A stretch of 54,608 nucleotides of DNA, the filler included, from Catajapyx aquilonaris (Eukaryota): the NCBI GenBank assembly GCA_000934665.2. It is 3 parts of 3 records of this genome, joined end to end, with 100 filler letters (N's around TTAATTAATTAA, not from the genome) between each part and the next. Parts side by side here need not be neighbours in the genome. Positions count along the whole stretch, not along the records: positions 1 to 18,131 come from JYFJ02006763.1; positions 18,232 to 36,359 come from JYFJ02006764.1; 1 more part is not named here. One strand, given 5' to 3'. A model generated the notes under the pieces. The model did no database searches, was not told the origin of the DNA, and saw nothing but the letters and a program-made list of their open reading frames with translations. A program made the translations under genes and the position numbers. This document shows, piece by piece, positions 11,559-21,889 of this stretch; the stretch's first letter is position 1, and each line of letters begins with the position of its first letter.

Positions 11559-11877
11559 ATTATATTGGAGGAGAGAGAGTTCTTCCCCTAAATCTCACAG
11601 GAACAATAAGTCACTGAAAGCAAATCTGGTCAAGATAGCCGCTTTGATACCCATGGATGGGATGTGTGCTGCGATAAATGAGCCACCAGACCATTTTAAA
11701 TGATTGTGTAAAAGCAAATAGTGCACATTTTGAGCTACATAACTTTTATGTATTGTATTATGTCTTAAGAATAATTATGTTATATCATTATTACATGTTT
11801 ACAGTATACATATATTGTAGAGTTTCCCTTGCTGAGTCGTGTGTGGTGATTTTCTGTGACAAACTATTTGGCAGTTA

Positions 11878-12173
11878 CAATAGAACCCCGATATTATCCG
11901 TCACCCACGGGACTGGGGCATTCTCGGATAACATAAAAGGTCGGATAATCTGAGGAGCAGAGGAAAACACAACAAAAACCATAAAAAAATCATGAATTAT
12001 TGTTCAATATTACGCTTCTCTAAGAAATTGTGAAGTATTTATCTTTTAGGTAAACAACACTGCTGTTTAAAATTTAACTAAGACAATACAAAACAAATAG
12101 GCCTGCATTACAGTATTTGATGAGAACACATGTATTGCTGGAGCGGGACGGTTGGATAAATGGGGTTCTACTG
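11878..12173. mobile_element. pogo/Tigger-like MITE
   Basis: TA|CAATAGAACCCC ... GGGGTTCTACTG|TA termini. Confidence 0.65.
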
Positions 12174-13127
12174 TATTGTTATGTTGCACTTATAATTCCA
12201 GTACAACGTCCGATGTTGAACTCAGTTTTGCATCTGGCACCCAAATAGTTTGTCACAGAAAAATGCCACATGATGTATTTTACTCAGCTCTGGATACTCG
12301 ACAACAGTTCAGTATCAGTTTTCCCAATGCATGTTCACCCACTATACAAACTTGCCCACTGTGCATATTTTTCATATATTAAGTTTCAGTTATCGATTTT
12401 ATATCAATAATTTAAAAATAGCAGCGTGTAATCATATAGGACAAAGGGGCATCCATGAATGGTGACCTTTACAGGTTAGTGCAGAATACTACAGATGTTC
12501 CTTACGGCAAATGTGGACAATGGGTAAGTTTGTATGGCGAGCAATTTAATGTATGTCAGGCGAACTCTCATCAGGTGCTGTATTCTCATAGCACTGATTG
12601 GTTCGTACTGACGAGCGATGACATCAAAATGACGGGAACCGATCGGCACTGCTTTCACGGGATTGGAACTCTGCTGTTAGGCCTCGCCCCCTACCCCGGC
12701 ACTTTGTTGCTGGACCGCTTGGTTCCGAGATCTGTCAATAACAATGCTGTTGCCGAGCAGCCAAAATAGTTGTGGATTTGGCCTTCAGGTGAGTTGTTGG
12801 CACGCAATGTGCATCAGGCAAATTAGTATGATCACCTCTACAAGATGTATGAAAATGAGCCCAATAGAAGCCACCTGAAATTCCAGCTTTGAGCACCTCT
12901 TGCAGCCAAATGGCACAGTATATTTCCTACAGCTTTCAGAAAAGTTGACCCTATCATCAAGGTCTAGCAAGTGACTAGGTTTCAGTCAAATCCGTCTGGT
13001 TCAACTTTTCCCACAGGGCTCCCATCATGTCCTTTGAGATACTGAATTGTATAAGGGTCAATGCACCAAGTCTTGGAGAAGTATTCCCAAATGAGCTGCT
13101 GTTGAATATCTGTCATGTATATAGGTA

Positions 13128-13356
13128 GGTAAGGTCCCAAGTTCGATCCCTGGATAGGACAGAGGATACTTATGTGGATAGAGTTTCGATGGGTTCTCTC
13201 TGTGTTTGCATGGGTTTTCTCGTGGCTCTCGCGTTTCCTCCCACCATCAAAATCCATCACAGCAAAGGCAATGATTAAAGTCGTTTAATTAAATATATGA
13301 TCCCCTAAAAAGCCCAAGGGGGCTTATCACGGGGTATCCATTATTATTATTATTAT
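13128..13356 (+). mobile_element. 5'-truncated tRNA-derived SINE with a V/Meta-type core-like segment
   Basis: B box GTTCGATCC; core TGTGTTTGCATGGGTTTTCTC...GTTTCCTCCCAC; CCCC..GGGGTA stem-loop; (ATT)n tail; 10-bp TSD TATATAGGTA at 13118-13127 and 13357-13366. Confidence 0.8.
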
Positions 13357-13824
13357 TATATAGGTATGTCACCGAAGCAGTTTGGAGGAGGGGATATGGT
13401 GTCCGTATGCATTCAAATATTCCCCAAAAAATAGCGAAATATTCTCTCAAATATTCTCAAAAACCTGCATTTAATTCGCGATTTATTCTTGCGTTACCCT
13501 GGAAAATAAATACATGCAAATTATGTGTCATGGACTTGAGACTTTATCTCACACAAGAGGTCTTTTTCTTACACAACTTCATCATTTCATCAATTGTCTC
13601 CAGTTTCACTATTGAAGTGACAATGAGAGACAATAATTTTTCCAAATTGGATGCAGTTAATCACTGCTCAGAGTGCCCTTGATATTGAAAATGACCGCTC
13701 CACATCACATGTCGTTATTGGTGCTTTTCAAAAAGGTAAGCTATTGTCCCTAGGTTTGCAACGTAATAAATAAAATACAAAAGAAGGTGGAAAACAAGAT
13801 TAACGAAGTGAAAAGCGTGAAATA

Positions 13825-14424
13825 CAGTAAAACTTCTTTAGGTCGAATCTCCATGGGACCGGGAAAAAACTTTGAGTTGTAGAAGATTCGAGTTGGAGAA
13901 ATTTGAAAAATTTTAAGCACATAACTCCATAAGGAAACCTTCCTTTATATCCAGCGACGAAAGCTGTTCATAACTTGAAAATAACTATCACTATCACACT
14001 TACAATGCTCCTCATTGTTTTGTTGTGAAAAAAATCTCCGTTATGGACATTTGCCTACTCTTAGACTCAAGGATTCAATTGTCACAATCGAGCCAAACAC
14101 TTCTTTTGGTACGTCTGGTAGACGGAGATCAAGAAATTGAGCCTTTCTGTACATGTGGCCTACTCTCAACCCTATGGCTGGGAAATGAGACACTTTTCCG
14201 TATTCGCCAACATGAACTTCGACTTAGGGTGACTGAAAATGCATTGATATCCCATCGGAAGGCCCTGCAAGCACTTCGAGTTATGGAGAACTTCGAGTTA
14301 TAGAAATTTCAGTTAGGGAAGTTTATTTCCTATTATTTTACATTGTGACCAACCAAGCTCATCATTTTCTGCGACTGATAGAGAACATCAACTTAGGGAA
14401 GTACGACTTAGAGAAGTTTTACTG
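13825..14424. mobile_element. pogo/Tc1-type MITE
   Basis: TA|CAGTAAAACTTCT ... AGAAGTTTTACTG|TA, with internal repeated TTCGAGTT/TTCGACTT motifs. Confidence 0.7.
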
Positions 14425-14444
14425 TATTCCAAATGTGTCGTTAA

Positions 14445-14950
14445 GGGGGCGATTGAGTAAAAATTCAGTAGGCGCATATTTTAGGGAATTTTATTTTTTG
14501 TGGCGAAACGGACGGTTAATGGGAAAAATCACGCCGAAGGTGCCCTGCAGAAAGGTTTGGCCTTTACTATGGTACCATACTCGATATGATTGCATTAAAA
14601 TTGTGGACATACGGGCGCCGAAGCGTTCCCGAATTTGTCGCGTTCCTCCCGCCATGTTATTCAAATGGGCTTTTCGGGAACGCCATTTTCCTTTCACTTC
14701 AACTCGATGAAAAGGTCACTTCTAGGCCGAAAATGGTAAAATGACGCCGAAGGTGCCCTGCGCCAGATCATGTCCAATTTTTTGGTGTAATATTTGTGTC
14801 CATTGCTCCATTTTTGTGGCCGTACGGCCGCAGAAGCGTGGGCATGTCGAATCCCCATATGCTGTTCATGCAAACGCAAGTTTGTTTACGTAGTAGCCAA
14901 GGGCTCGCATTGTTACCGATTGTTACCGTATTTTTTACTAATGCGCCCCC
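14445..14950. mobile_element. TTAA-flanked MITE (Kolobok-like)
   Basis: TTAA|GGGGGCG..AGTAAAAA and TTTTTACT..CGCCCCCC|TTAA; internal direct repeat ACGCCGAAGGTGCCCTGC. Confidence 0.55.
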
Positions 14951-15772
14951 TTAAGGCCAAAATATGTCGTTAATCTCCAAATATTCTTTTATATGCAAAA
15001 TAAGACCAACTTTTTTGGACTCCTGATGTCATGATTCGGATTTTCATACAAATCACGCCCTCGTGCATGCAGAGGAAAAAACTATGTAAAAACATAACTA
15101 TCCGCCCCCTACTTATAACCCTTGCTTGCAGCTTGCAGCTTGCAGGAGGAGATCCAAAACGCACTATTTCAATGAAGGCTACAGTGCCTGTTGAATATTC
15201 AAGCTCCATGGCCGACGAACCAGCAGTCGTCAACACCTTTTTTGAAGCATGTCCCCCAAAGGATGTGTTCTTCGACTTCTTCGACTCAAGCAGGGCTCCA
15301 TGGCCCACGTACCAGCGGTCGTCAAGACGTTTTTAGAAGCATGTGCCCCAGAGGATGTGTCCTTCGACTCAAGCAGGGGTCCATGGCGCACGTACCAGCT
15401 GTCGTCAACACCTTTTGAGAAGCATGTCCCCCAAAGGATGTGATATTCGACTCAAGCAGGGCTCCATGGGCCACGCACCCGCGGTAGTCAAGACCTTTTC
15501 AGAAGCATGTGCCCCAAAGGATGTGTTCTTCGACTCCAGGAGGCAAGTACATCATCAGAGAAAATAAAGAGTACTTTTATATTTATAATGTTTGGAACCA
15601 TGCTGTTGTGTTCTGAATGCAACACATTCTCGAAATATTCTTTTATATGCAAAATAAGACCCACTTTTTTTTTACTCCTGATGTCATGATTCGGATTTTC
15701 ATACAAATCACGCCCTCGTGCATGCAGCTAGGAAAAAACTGTGTAAAAACATAATTATCCGCCCCCTACTTA

Positions 15773-17067
15773 CGAGGGTGGTTCAATAATTTATCTACCT
15801 GAGTATCAAAATGAATACCTTTATTGAAATCCTCCTAATCATTTTTCAATGTAGTCCCCCTTGAGCTCTACACACTTCTTCCACTTTGTCTCAAGTGACC
15901 TTAGGCCTTCAAAAAAAAATGTTTCCTGTTGGTCTGCAAACCACCCTGTCACTACTGCCTGGAGTTCTTCATCGCTGGAGAAACGCTGGCCACGTAGGAA
16001 TTTCTTCAAGTTTCGAAACAGGAAATAGTCGCTTGGGGCCATGTCTGGACTGTATGGCGGATGGTTCAGTGTTTGGAAGCCACATTCAGCAATGGCAGCC
16101 TGTGATTTGTGCGACATGTGCACAGGTGCGTTGTCGTGGAGAAGAAGAATGCCTGATGCAAGTTTCCCACGACGTTTTTCCTTAATCGCCTGTCGCAGAG
16201 CCCTCATAGTTGCAGCATAGGACTCCCCAGTGATGGTCTTCTTGTGAGGCATGAATTCCAGGAGCAGTAGGCCATCTTCATCCCAGAAAACAGTCGCCAT
16301 GATCTTCCCTGCAGAGCGCTGCACGCGGAACTTCTTCGGAGTCGGAGAACCCTTGTGTTTCCACTGCATTGACTCTTGTTTGGATTCAGGGTCCCAGTGA
16401 TGGACCCATGTTTCGTCACCTGTCACCACTCGAGGGAAAAATCCATCGGGATCTTCTCCAAGGAGCTCCAAATTCTCCTGACTGTACTCGCTGCGGCAGG
16501 CTTTTTGCATTGGCGTGAGCATTCTGGGCACCCACCTGGAACTGACCTTAGACATTCCCAAATGTTCATGGATAATTTTCCAAACTGTTCCTGCTGAAAT
16601 GTCCAATTCTTGCACGATTTCCACAACCTTGACTCGACGGTCCATCATAATGAATTTCTCCACTTTGTCGCACATTTCCTCTGAAGATGCACTCACCGGT
16701 CGCCCTGGGTGGGGGTCATCTTCAATGGACTCTCGTCCCCATTTGAACAGCTTACTCCAGAACTTGACCTTGTAGGCCGATGGTGCACCATCACCAAACA
16801 CTGTTCCCATCCTTTCATGGATTTCCTTTGGTGTTTTCTGCTCTTTTGTGAGGAACTTAATCACCGACCTATGCTCCAAATCTACAACTTTCTTCGCAGA
16901 GAGGCAGGCACTATCACTTGACATCATGTCACTCTGAGGTTGAACAACCTACTGTGCTATAATTTGGTGTGGTTCACCCCAAGACATGTACATAGCTGTA
17001 TGTGCAAGTTCGGACTTGCACCTCTACTCTTTCATACTCAGGTAGATAAATTATTGAACCGCCCTCG
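15773..17067 (-). mobile_element. Complete mariner element, 1295 bp
   Basis: 34-bp TIRs CGAGGG(T/C)GGTTCAATAATTTATCTACCTGAGTAT with one mismatch; TA TSD. The empty site CCCCCTACT-TA-TAACCC is seen in neighbouring satellite units (~15105, ~17704). Confidence 0.97.
15839..16927 (-). CDS. Intact mariner DD34D transposase, 362 aa
   Basis: N-terminal HTH, WVPRML, TGDETW, HDNA, YSPDMAPSDY; 34 residues between the second and third Asp. Confidence 0.97.
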   Translation of the reverse strand: MMSSDSACLSAKKVVDLEHRSVIKFLTKEQKTPKEIHERMGTVFGDGAPSAYKVKFWSKLFKWGRESIEDDPHPGRPVSASSEEMCDKVEKFIMMDRRVKVVEIVQELDISAGTVWKIIHEHLGMSKVSSRWVPRMLTPMQKACRSEYSQENLELLGEDPDGFFPRVVTGDETWVHHWDPESKQESMQWKHKGSPTPKKFRVQRSAGKIMATVFWDEDGLLLLEFMPHKKTITGESYAATMRALRQAIKEKRRGKLASGILLLHDNAPVHMSHKSQAAIAECGFQTLNHPPYSPDMAPSDYFLFRNLKKFLRGQRFSSDEELQAVVTGWFADQQETFFFEGLRSLETKWKKCVELKGDYIEK

Positions 17068-18131
17068 TATAACCCTTGCTTGCGGCTAGGAGCTTGCAGG
17101 AGCAGATCCAAAACGCACTATTTCAATGAAGGCTACAGTGCCTGTTGAATATTCAAGCTCCATGGCCGACGAACCAGCGGTCGGCAAGACATTTTTGGAA
17201 GCATGTCCCACAAAGGATGTGTCCTTCGACTCAAGCAGGGCACCATGGCCGACGAACCAGCAGTCTTCAAGACCTTTTTAGAAGCATGTCCCACAAAGGA
17301 TGTGTCCTTCGACTCAAGCAGGGCACCATGGCCGACGAACCAGCAGTCTTCAAGACCTTTGTAGAAGCATGTCCCACAAAGGATGTGTCCTTCAACTCAA
17401 GCAGGGTTCCATGGCCCACGTACCAGCGGTCGTCAAGACCTTTTTTGAAGCATGTGCCCCAGAGGATGTGTTCTTTGACTCGAGGAGGCAAGTACATCAT
17501 CAGAGAAAATAAAGAGTACATTTATTTTTATAATGTTTGGAACCATGCTGTCGTGTTCTGAATGCAACACATTCTCGAAATATTCGTTTATATGCAAAAT
17601 AAGACCCACTTTTTTGGACTCCTGATGTCATGATTCGGATTTTCATACAAATCATGCCCTCGTGCATGCAGAGGAAAAAACTATGTAAAAACATAATTGT
17701 CCGCCCCCTACTTATAACCCTTGCTTGCAGCTAGGAGCAGATCCAAAACACACTATTTCAATGAAGGCTACAGTGCCTTTTGAATATTCAAGGTCCATGG
17801 CCGAGGAACCAGCGGTCGTCAACACCTTTTTTGAATAATGTCCCCCAAAGGATGTGTTCTTCGACTCAAGCAGTGCTCCATGGCCCACGTACCAGCTGTC
17901 GTCAAGACCTTTTTAGAAGCATGTCCCATAAAGGAAGTGGTCTTTGACTCAAGCAGGGCTCCATGGCCTTTGCTTGCAGCTAGCACCTTGCAGGAGGAGA
18001 TCCAAAACGCACTATTTCAATGAAGGCTACAGTGCCTGTTGAATATTCAAGCCCCATGGCTGACGAACAAGCGGTCGGCAAGACCTTTTTAGAAGATTGT
18101 CCCTCAAAGGATGTGTTCTTCGACTCAAGCA

Positions 18132-18231
18132 NNNNNNNNNNNNNNNNNNNNNNNNNNNNNNNNNNNNNNNNNNNNTTAATTAATTAANNNNNNNNNNNNN
18201 NNNNNNNNNNNNNNNNNNNNNNNNNNNNNNN
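18132..18231. other. Artificial contig linker N44-TTAATTAATTAA-N44
   Basis: Six-frame stop spacer embedded in Ns; identical to 36360-36459. Confidence 0.97.
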
Positions 18232-18728
18232 CAGCGACGGGTCTCTTCTGCCTGCGCACTCACTCACTCGATTTGTAAACAGTGGCAACAATGGAAGCGC
18301 TCTCCATGGGCCGATGTTTTTGAATTGGCCCGCCGGACGGGGTTGCCAGGGAACGGGCTACAATATAAGCAGCTTAGGCCGAATTTGTCAATAACTAAAA
18401 CGACAAAAAAGTTTGATCACCTTGTATGTGTCCAGATCAAAGACTTCTGCTGCAAGAAACCGCACAATAATTATATTATACACATATTATAGCAGAACTC
18501 TTTAGTCCAGATCCAGATTTTCCTGTATTGTGTATTGGCGGCAGGTAATGAAGGACTTGGGTGATAAATTAGCAGATGTATTTGTACCAAGTGAGAGCTG
18601 AGGACAGAGCCAACTACATGATAGGCTCCTCAAGAACAGAACTGGAACTAAACATTCCAAATATTTGTCTAGCAACTGGTTACAACAATTATTACAGGAC
18701 GCAACACCCTGTGCTGCTTGAAAGGTAA

Positions 18729-19774
18729 GGGTGCAGTTTAGAGCCGCAAAAGTCTTCCAGGTTTCTATATATTTTCTGAATCTGCTCGATGAGATGAGTC
18801 GATTGACACTATTCCTAGTGTGCGGAAATGCTTGGTGCAGGAGTAATTGAATTTTGAAATTGCAAGTAATAACAATGAATAAATGAAAATAAACAAGTGT
18901 TCCTTTGTTGAAACAGTTTACACCCATTGTTGAGTGAATGAATATCCGTGGTAATTTTAAACGTCGTTTGGGGGTTGTGTGTTCGCAGAAATACTGTCCG
19001 CCTTGTGGTGGCGTAGATGTGGGTGTTGCGGATGTGGATGTGGCAAAGCCACAATAACGTTCGTTGGCCTGCGGCGCCACAAGACGGACAGTAAATGTTG
19101 CGGATACAGAAACCCACAATAAGCGCCCAGCTCCGCTATCGCTCCGCAAAAACTAAAAATATCACGCACAGGCGACGTACCGTGCCTGGCAGGGCCACAA
19201 GACGGACAGTACTGGTGCGGTCACACCAACGCCTCACAGATAAGACCAACACAATCAGAGTGGGGCATGCCTTGAGTAAAAGCTTAGGATTCATTTTGTT
19301 GGCGGGCAAGAGGCCTCGAGCAGTGGCCCAGGAGATACATGCCAAGCAACCTCCCTCATTACTTCCAGGAAGGCTTGCCCAATATTATTCCTGATAAGCA
19401 CCGATGCAATGCCTCGGCCATGGACGCTCCTGAATGATGTTAAATTAAACTCCTACACTCTCGTTCTATGTCCAACGAACCAAGAACAACCGTTTATTTA
19501 CATCATTCAGCATCCCTCACAGCACGTTTCCATGGAATCTCACACGTTTCCACGGAGAATCACCTGACGCAACAATGGGAGTGAACAGTCTCAACAAAGG
19601 AACACTTGTTTACTTTCATTTTATTCATTGTTATTACTTGCAATTTCAAAATTCAATTACTCTTGAACCAAACATTTCCGCACACTAGGAATAGTGTCAT
19701 TCGACTCAGCTCATCGAGTAGATTCAGAAAATGTATAGAAACCTGCAAGATTTTTGCGGCTCTAAACTGCACCC
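18729..19774. mobile_element. Non-autonomous DNA transposon with ~200-bp imperfect TIRs (Harbinger-like GGG..CCC ends)
   Basis: GGGTGCAGTTTAGAGCCGCAAAA... (18729-~18930) is the reverse complement of ~19570-19774; the GC-rich interior has a repeated GCCACAAGACGGACAGTA. Confidence 0.75.
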
Positions 19775-19792
19775 AAGCCGCTTGAAAGCTAA

Positions 19793-20095
19793 GGCTGCGT
19801 TTACATGTGAGCAATTTGATCAGCGATGGGACGTCAGATGAGACCAATTATTGTTTGGGGCGAAAACATATTGTTACCACGATTGTTACCTTCGCTCAGC
19901 GATGTCATTGCTGTACATCGCCTATCAAATCGCTCACATATGTACTGTACACACAGTGTGTGTAAGCAGTGTTTACATGTGAGCAATTTGATTGGCGATG
20001 TGCATCGTCAAGCAATGAAACCAATTGTTTGGGGCGAAACTTCGATTGTCACTTTCACTCCAAACAATCATCGCTCAGCGATGCTCGTCACTGAT
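19793..20095. mobile_element. Two partial or nested copies of a PIF/Harbinger-type MITE family
   Basis: The terminus GGCTGCGTTTACATGTGAGCAATTTG occurs at 19793 and again at ~19968; same family as 21596, 23415 and 26674. Confidence 0.6.
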
Positions 20096-20310
20096 TAAAG
20101 CAGTCACATCATAAACAATGCCTAAAATTTGTAAAAATTGCAGTGATATCATGAAATTGCTAGAACACCTTTGTACCTAGTAGTATGCCGATATACATAA
20201 AACTGTACCTATATATACTTTGGGAAAAGCTGTCAGTGTTATTGCAGGAGTAATGTGGGGAAATGAGAGTTCCGCAATAGCGTAATGTTCCAAGCAGAGA
20301 TGCTTCAGTG

Positions 20311-20607
20311 TTAAAATAATATTCCTGCTTTCATGACCTTCATTACCAGGTCTTTCTGGTCCTGTCGCGTCCTCAGGGGCCTGCATGCTTCGGCTTGCTC
20401 CCAGGGGCCAACACGAGCGGCCCTCCGCCTCTTGGCAGGCCTCTCATCCTCAGCCTGGCCGCCCTTCCTCTTCACGCCCCCTTTGCCCGCACCTTGGCCC
20501 ATGGTCCCTGCCCCTGGTCCTCCCTCCCTCGGCGACCCTAACCCGCCCAGCAGCGCAGGCACCATCAGGTCAAGCAGGGCGACATTATTGGCGAAAATGT
20601 TTCCCAT
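20311..20607 (-). CDS. Small GC-rich orphan ORF (98 aa), or a first coding exon (20607-20347) of an unidentified gene
   Basis: ATG-initiated MGNIFAN...; Gly-rich, with a KRK-x-KRRR basic cluster; GC-rich island in AT-rich flanks; candidate phase-0 donor G|GTAATG at 20346. No family recognised. Confidence 0.4.
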   Translation of the reverse strand: MGNIFANNVALLDLMVPALLGGLGSPREGGPGAGTMGQGAGKGGVKRKGGQAEDERPAKRRRAARVGPWEQAEACRPLRTRQDQKDLVMKVMKAGILF

Positions 20608-21595
20608 CTAGGCTCGAAACGACGGCTGAAACGGTTCAGAAACTGAGAATCATTCGAATCGACGACGTCCGAGTCATCGACCTTTCAAATGAAAATGTTC
20701 CACACGAAAAAAATGATATAACACCGCACCAAAAATATGAAGCCATAATAATTACAAAATATGAATAAAATTTGGCACTAATTTACCCCATAATTGCAGT
20801 TTTGAGTGTAAAAATTTTTGCGGACCAGAATTTTAAAATGTTTCGAATGTGCAATGTGGCAACACCGCCAATTTTTTTTTTTCGTTCGCCTTTCCCGGCA
20901 TAATTTTCTTGTGTTAAAACGCAAATATTTTTAAAGCAATTAAAATTTGCGCCAGTCTTACATATTATGCCGCACAAAAATACCTAAATAAAAAAAACCT
21001 GATGCAAATTTATTTAGATGTGGCAACAGTGGCCATTTGTTCCAACATTGAAGAAAAAAAAAACAATTAAATGTGTTCGAATTCAAAATTTGTCACGAAT
21101 AATTTTTTGTAGTGGATATTATTGTAGCTATCTTTCAGTCAAAAGGTCGCAGATATAGCTACGAAATAATGCAAAAAAAAATTGCACATACATATTGCAA
21201 AAAGTTGGAATCAAACATTGGTGCATAATATTAAATATGCAACATTGAATTTTAAAAAATTTCATGCTCAAGAAATAACAACAAATGTATTTAATTCTCA
21301 CATTACACATGGTCATTGCCAACTCATTAACTTGCACGTTAATTAGCATTAATAACTATAGTATATTGTGCAAGAAATGAGGGACCAACCGAAATTCGCA
21401 TTGAACCAGAACTAGATCCAATAGCACAACATTTACAATAATACAATAATATTAATTCATATTTTACATAAGTACACTTTTGTGGTTCGTTGCAGTCATA
21501 GACATACACGGCAAAACATTGAACAAGAATTAATGTGCTCTCAATACCAGCATGTATTACCCAAACAAATTTTAAGTCATCAAAATATCACAACA

Positions 21596-21756
21596 GGTGC
21601 GATTGCATGTGAACGATTTGATCCTGTGATGTCATCGACGAGCGATGAATCCAATTGTTTGGGGTGAAAGTCACAATCGATTTTCGCCCAATACAATTGG
21701 ATTCGTCACTCAGCGATGACATCGTGCAATCAAATCACTCATATGTAAACGCACCT
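21596..21756. mobile_element. PIF/Harbinger-type MITE
   Basis: GGTGCG..TGCATGTGAACGATTTGA ... TCAAATCACTCATATGTAAACGCACC inverted termini. Confidence 0.65.
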
Positions 21757-21889
21757 CAACAGCTACAATGGGTCCTTCATAAATAATAATGTCTCAATTC
21801 ATTACCAGCATGTAACAATAAGCCATGCAACAAATGGTCCTGAGTAATATTTGATAGATCAAACATGAAAAACTGCAAACTCTGAACAT

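Larger units (their letters stand above)
6314..11561 (+). mobile_element. tRNA-derived SINE (6314-6602 plus 11402-11561) split by a LINE insertion; (GAT)n(TAT)n tail
   Basis: B box GGTTCGATCCC; head and body homologous to the SINE at 30635; 16-bp TSD ATATTGGAGGAGAGAG at 6298-6313 and 11562-11577. Confidence 0.88.
14981..18131. repeat. Higher-order tandem repeat: ~650-bp units containing ~83-bp subunits; runs to the contig end
   Basis: The marker AATATTC(T/G)TTTATATGCAAAATAAGACC recurs at ~14981, ~15634 and ~17579. The subunit AAGCATGTCCC..AAGGATGTG..CTTCGACTCAAGCAGGG..CCATGG recurs with a ~83-bp period. Confidence 0.9.

Noticed and set aside
11420..11617. Poly-Met/poly-Tyr ORF
   Set aside because: It is a translation of the microsatellite SINE tail.
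15520..15565. CTGATGA on the minus strand in satellite units (possible hammerhead ribozyme)
   Set aside because: No properly placed GAAA core or stem II was found.
14981..18131. Regularly spaced repeats resembling a CRISPR array, and many short overlapping ORFs
   Set aside because: The intervening sequences are themselves repeated, there are no cas genes and the context is eukaryotic; the ORFs are satellite translations.
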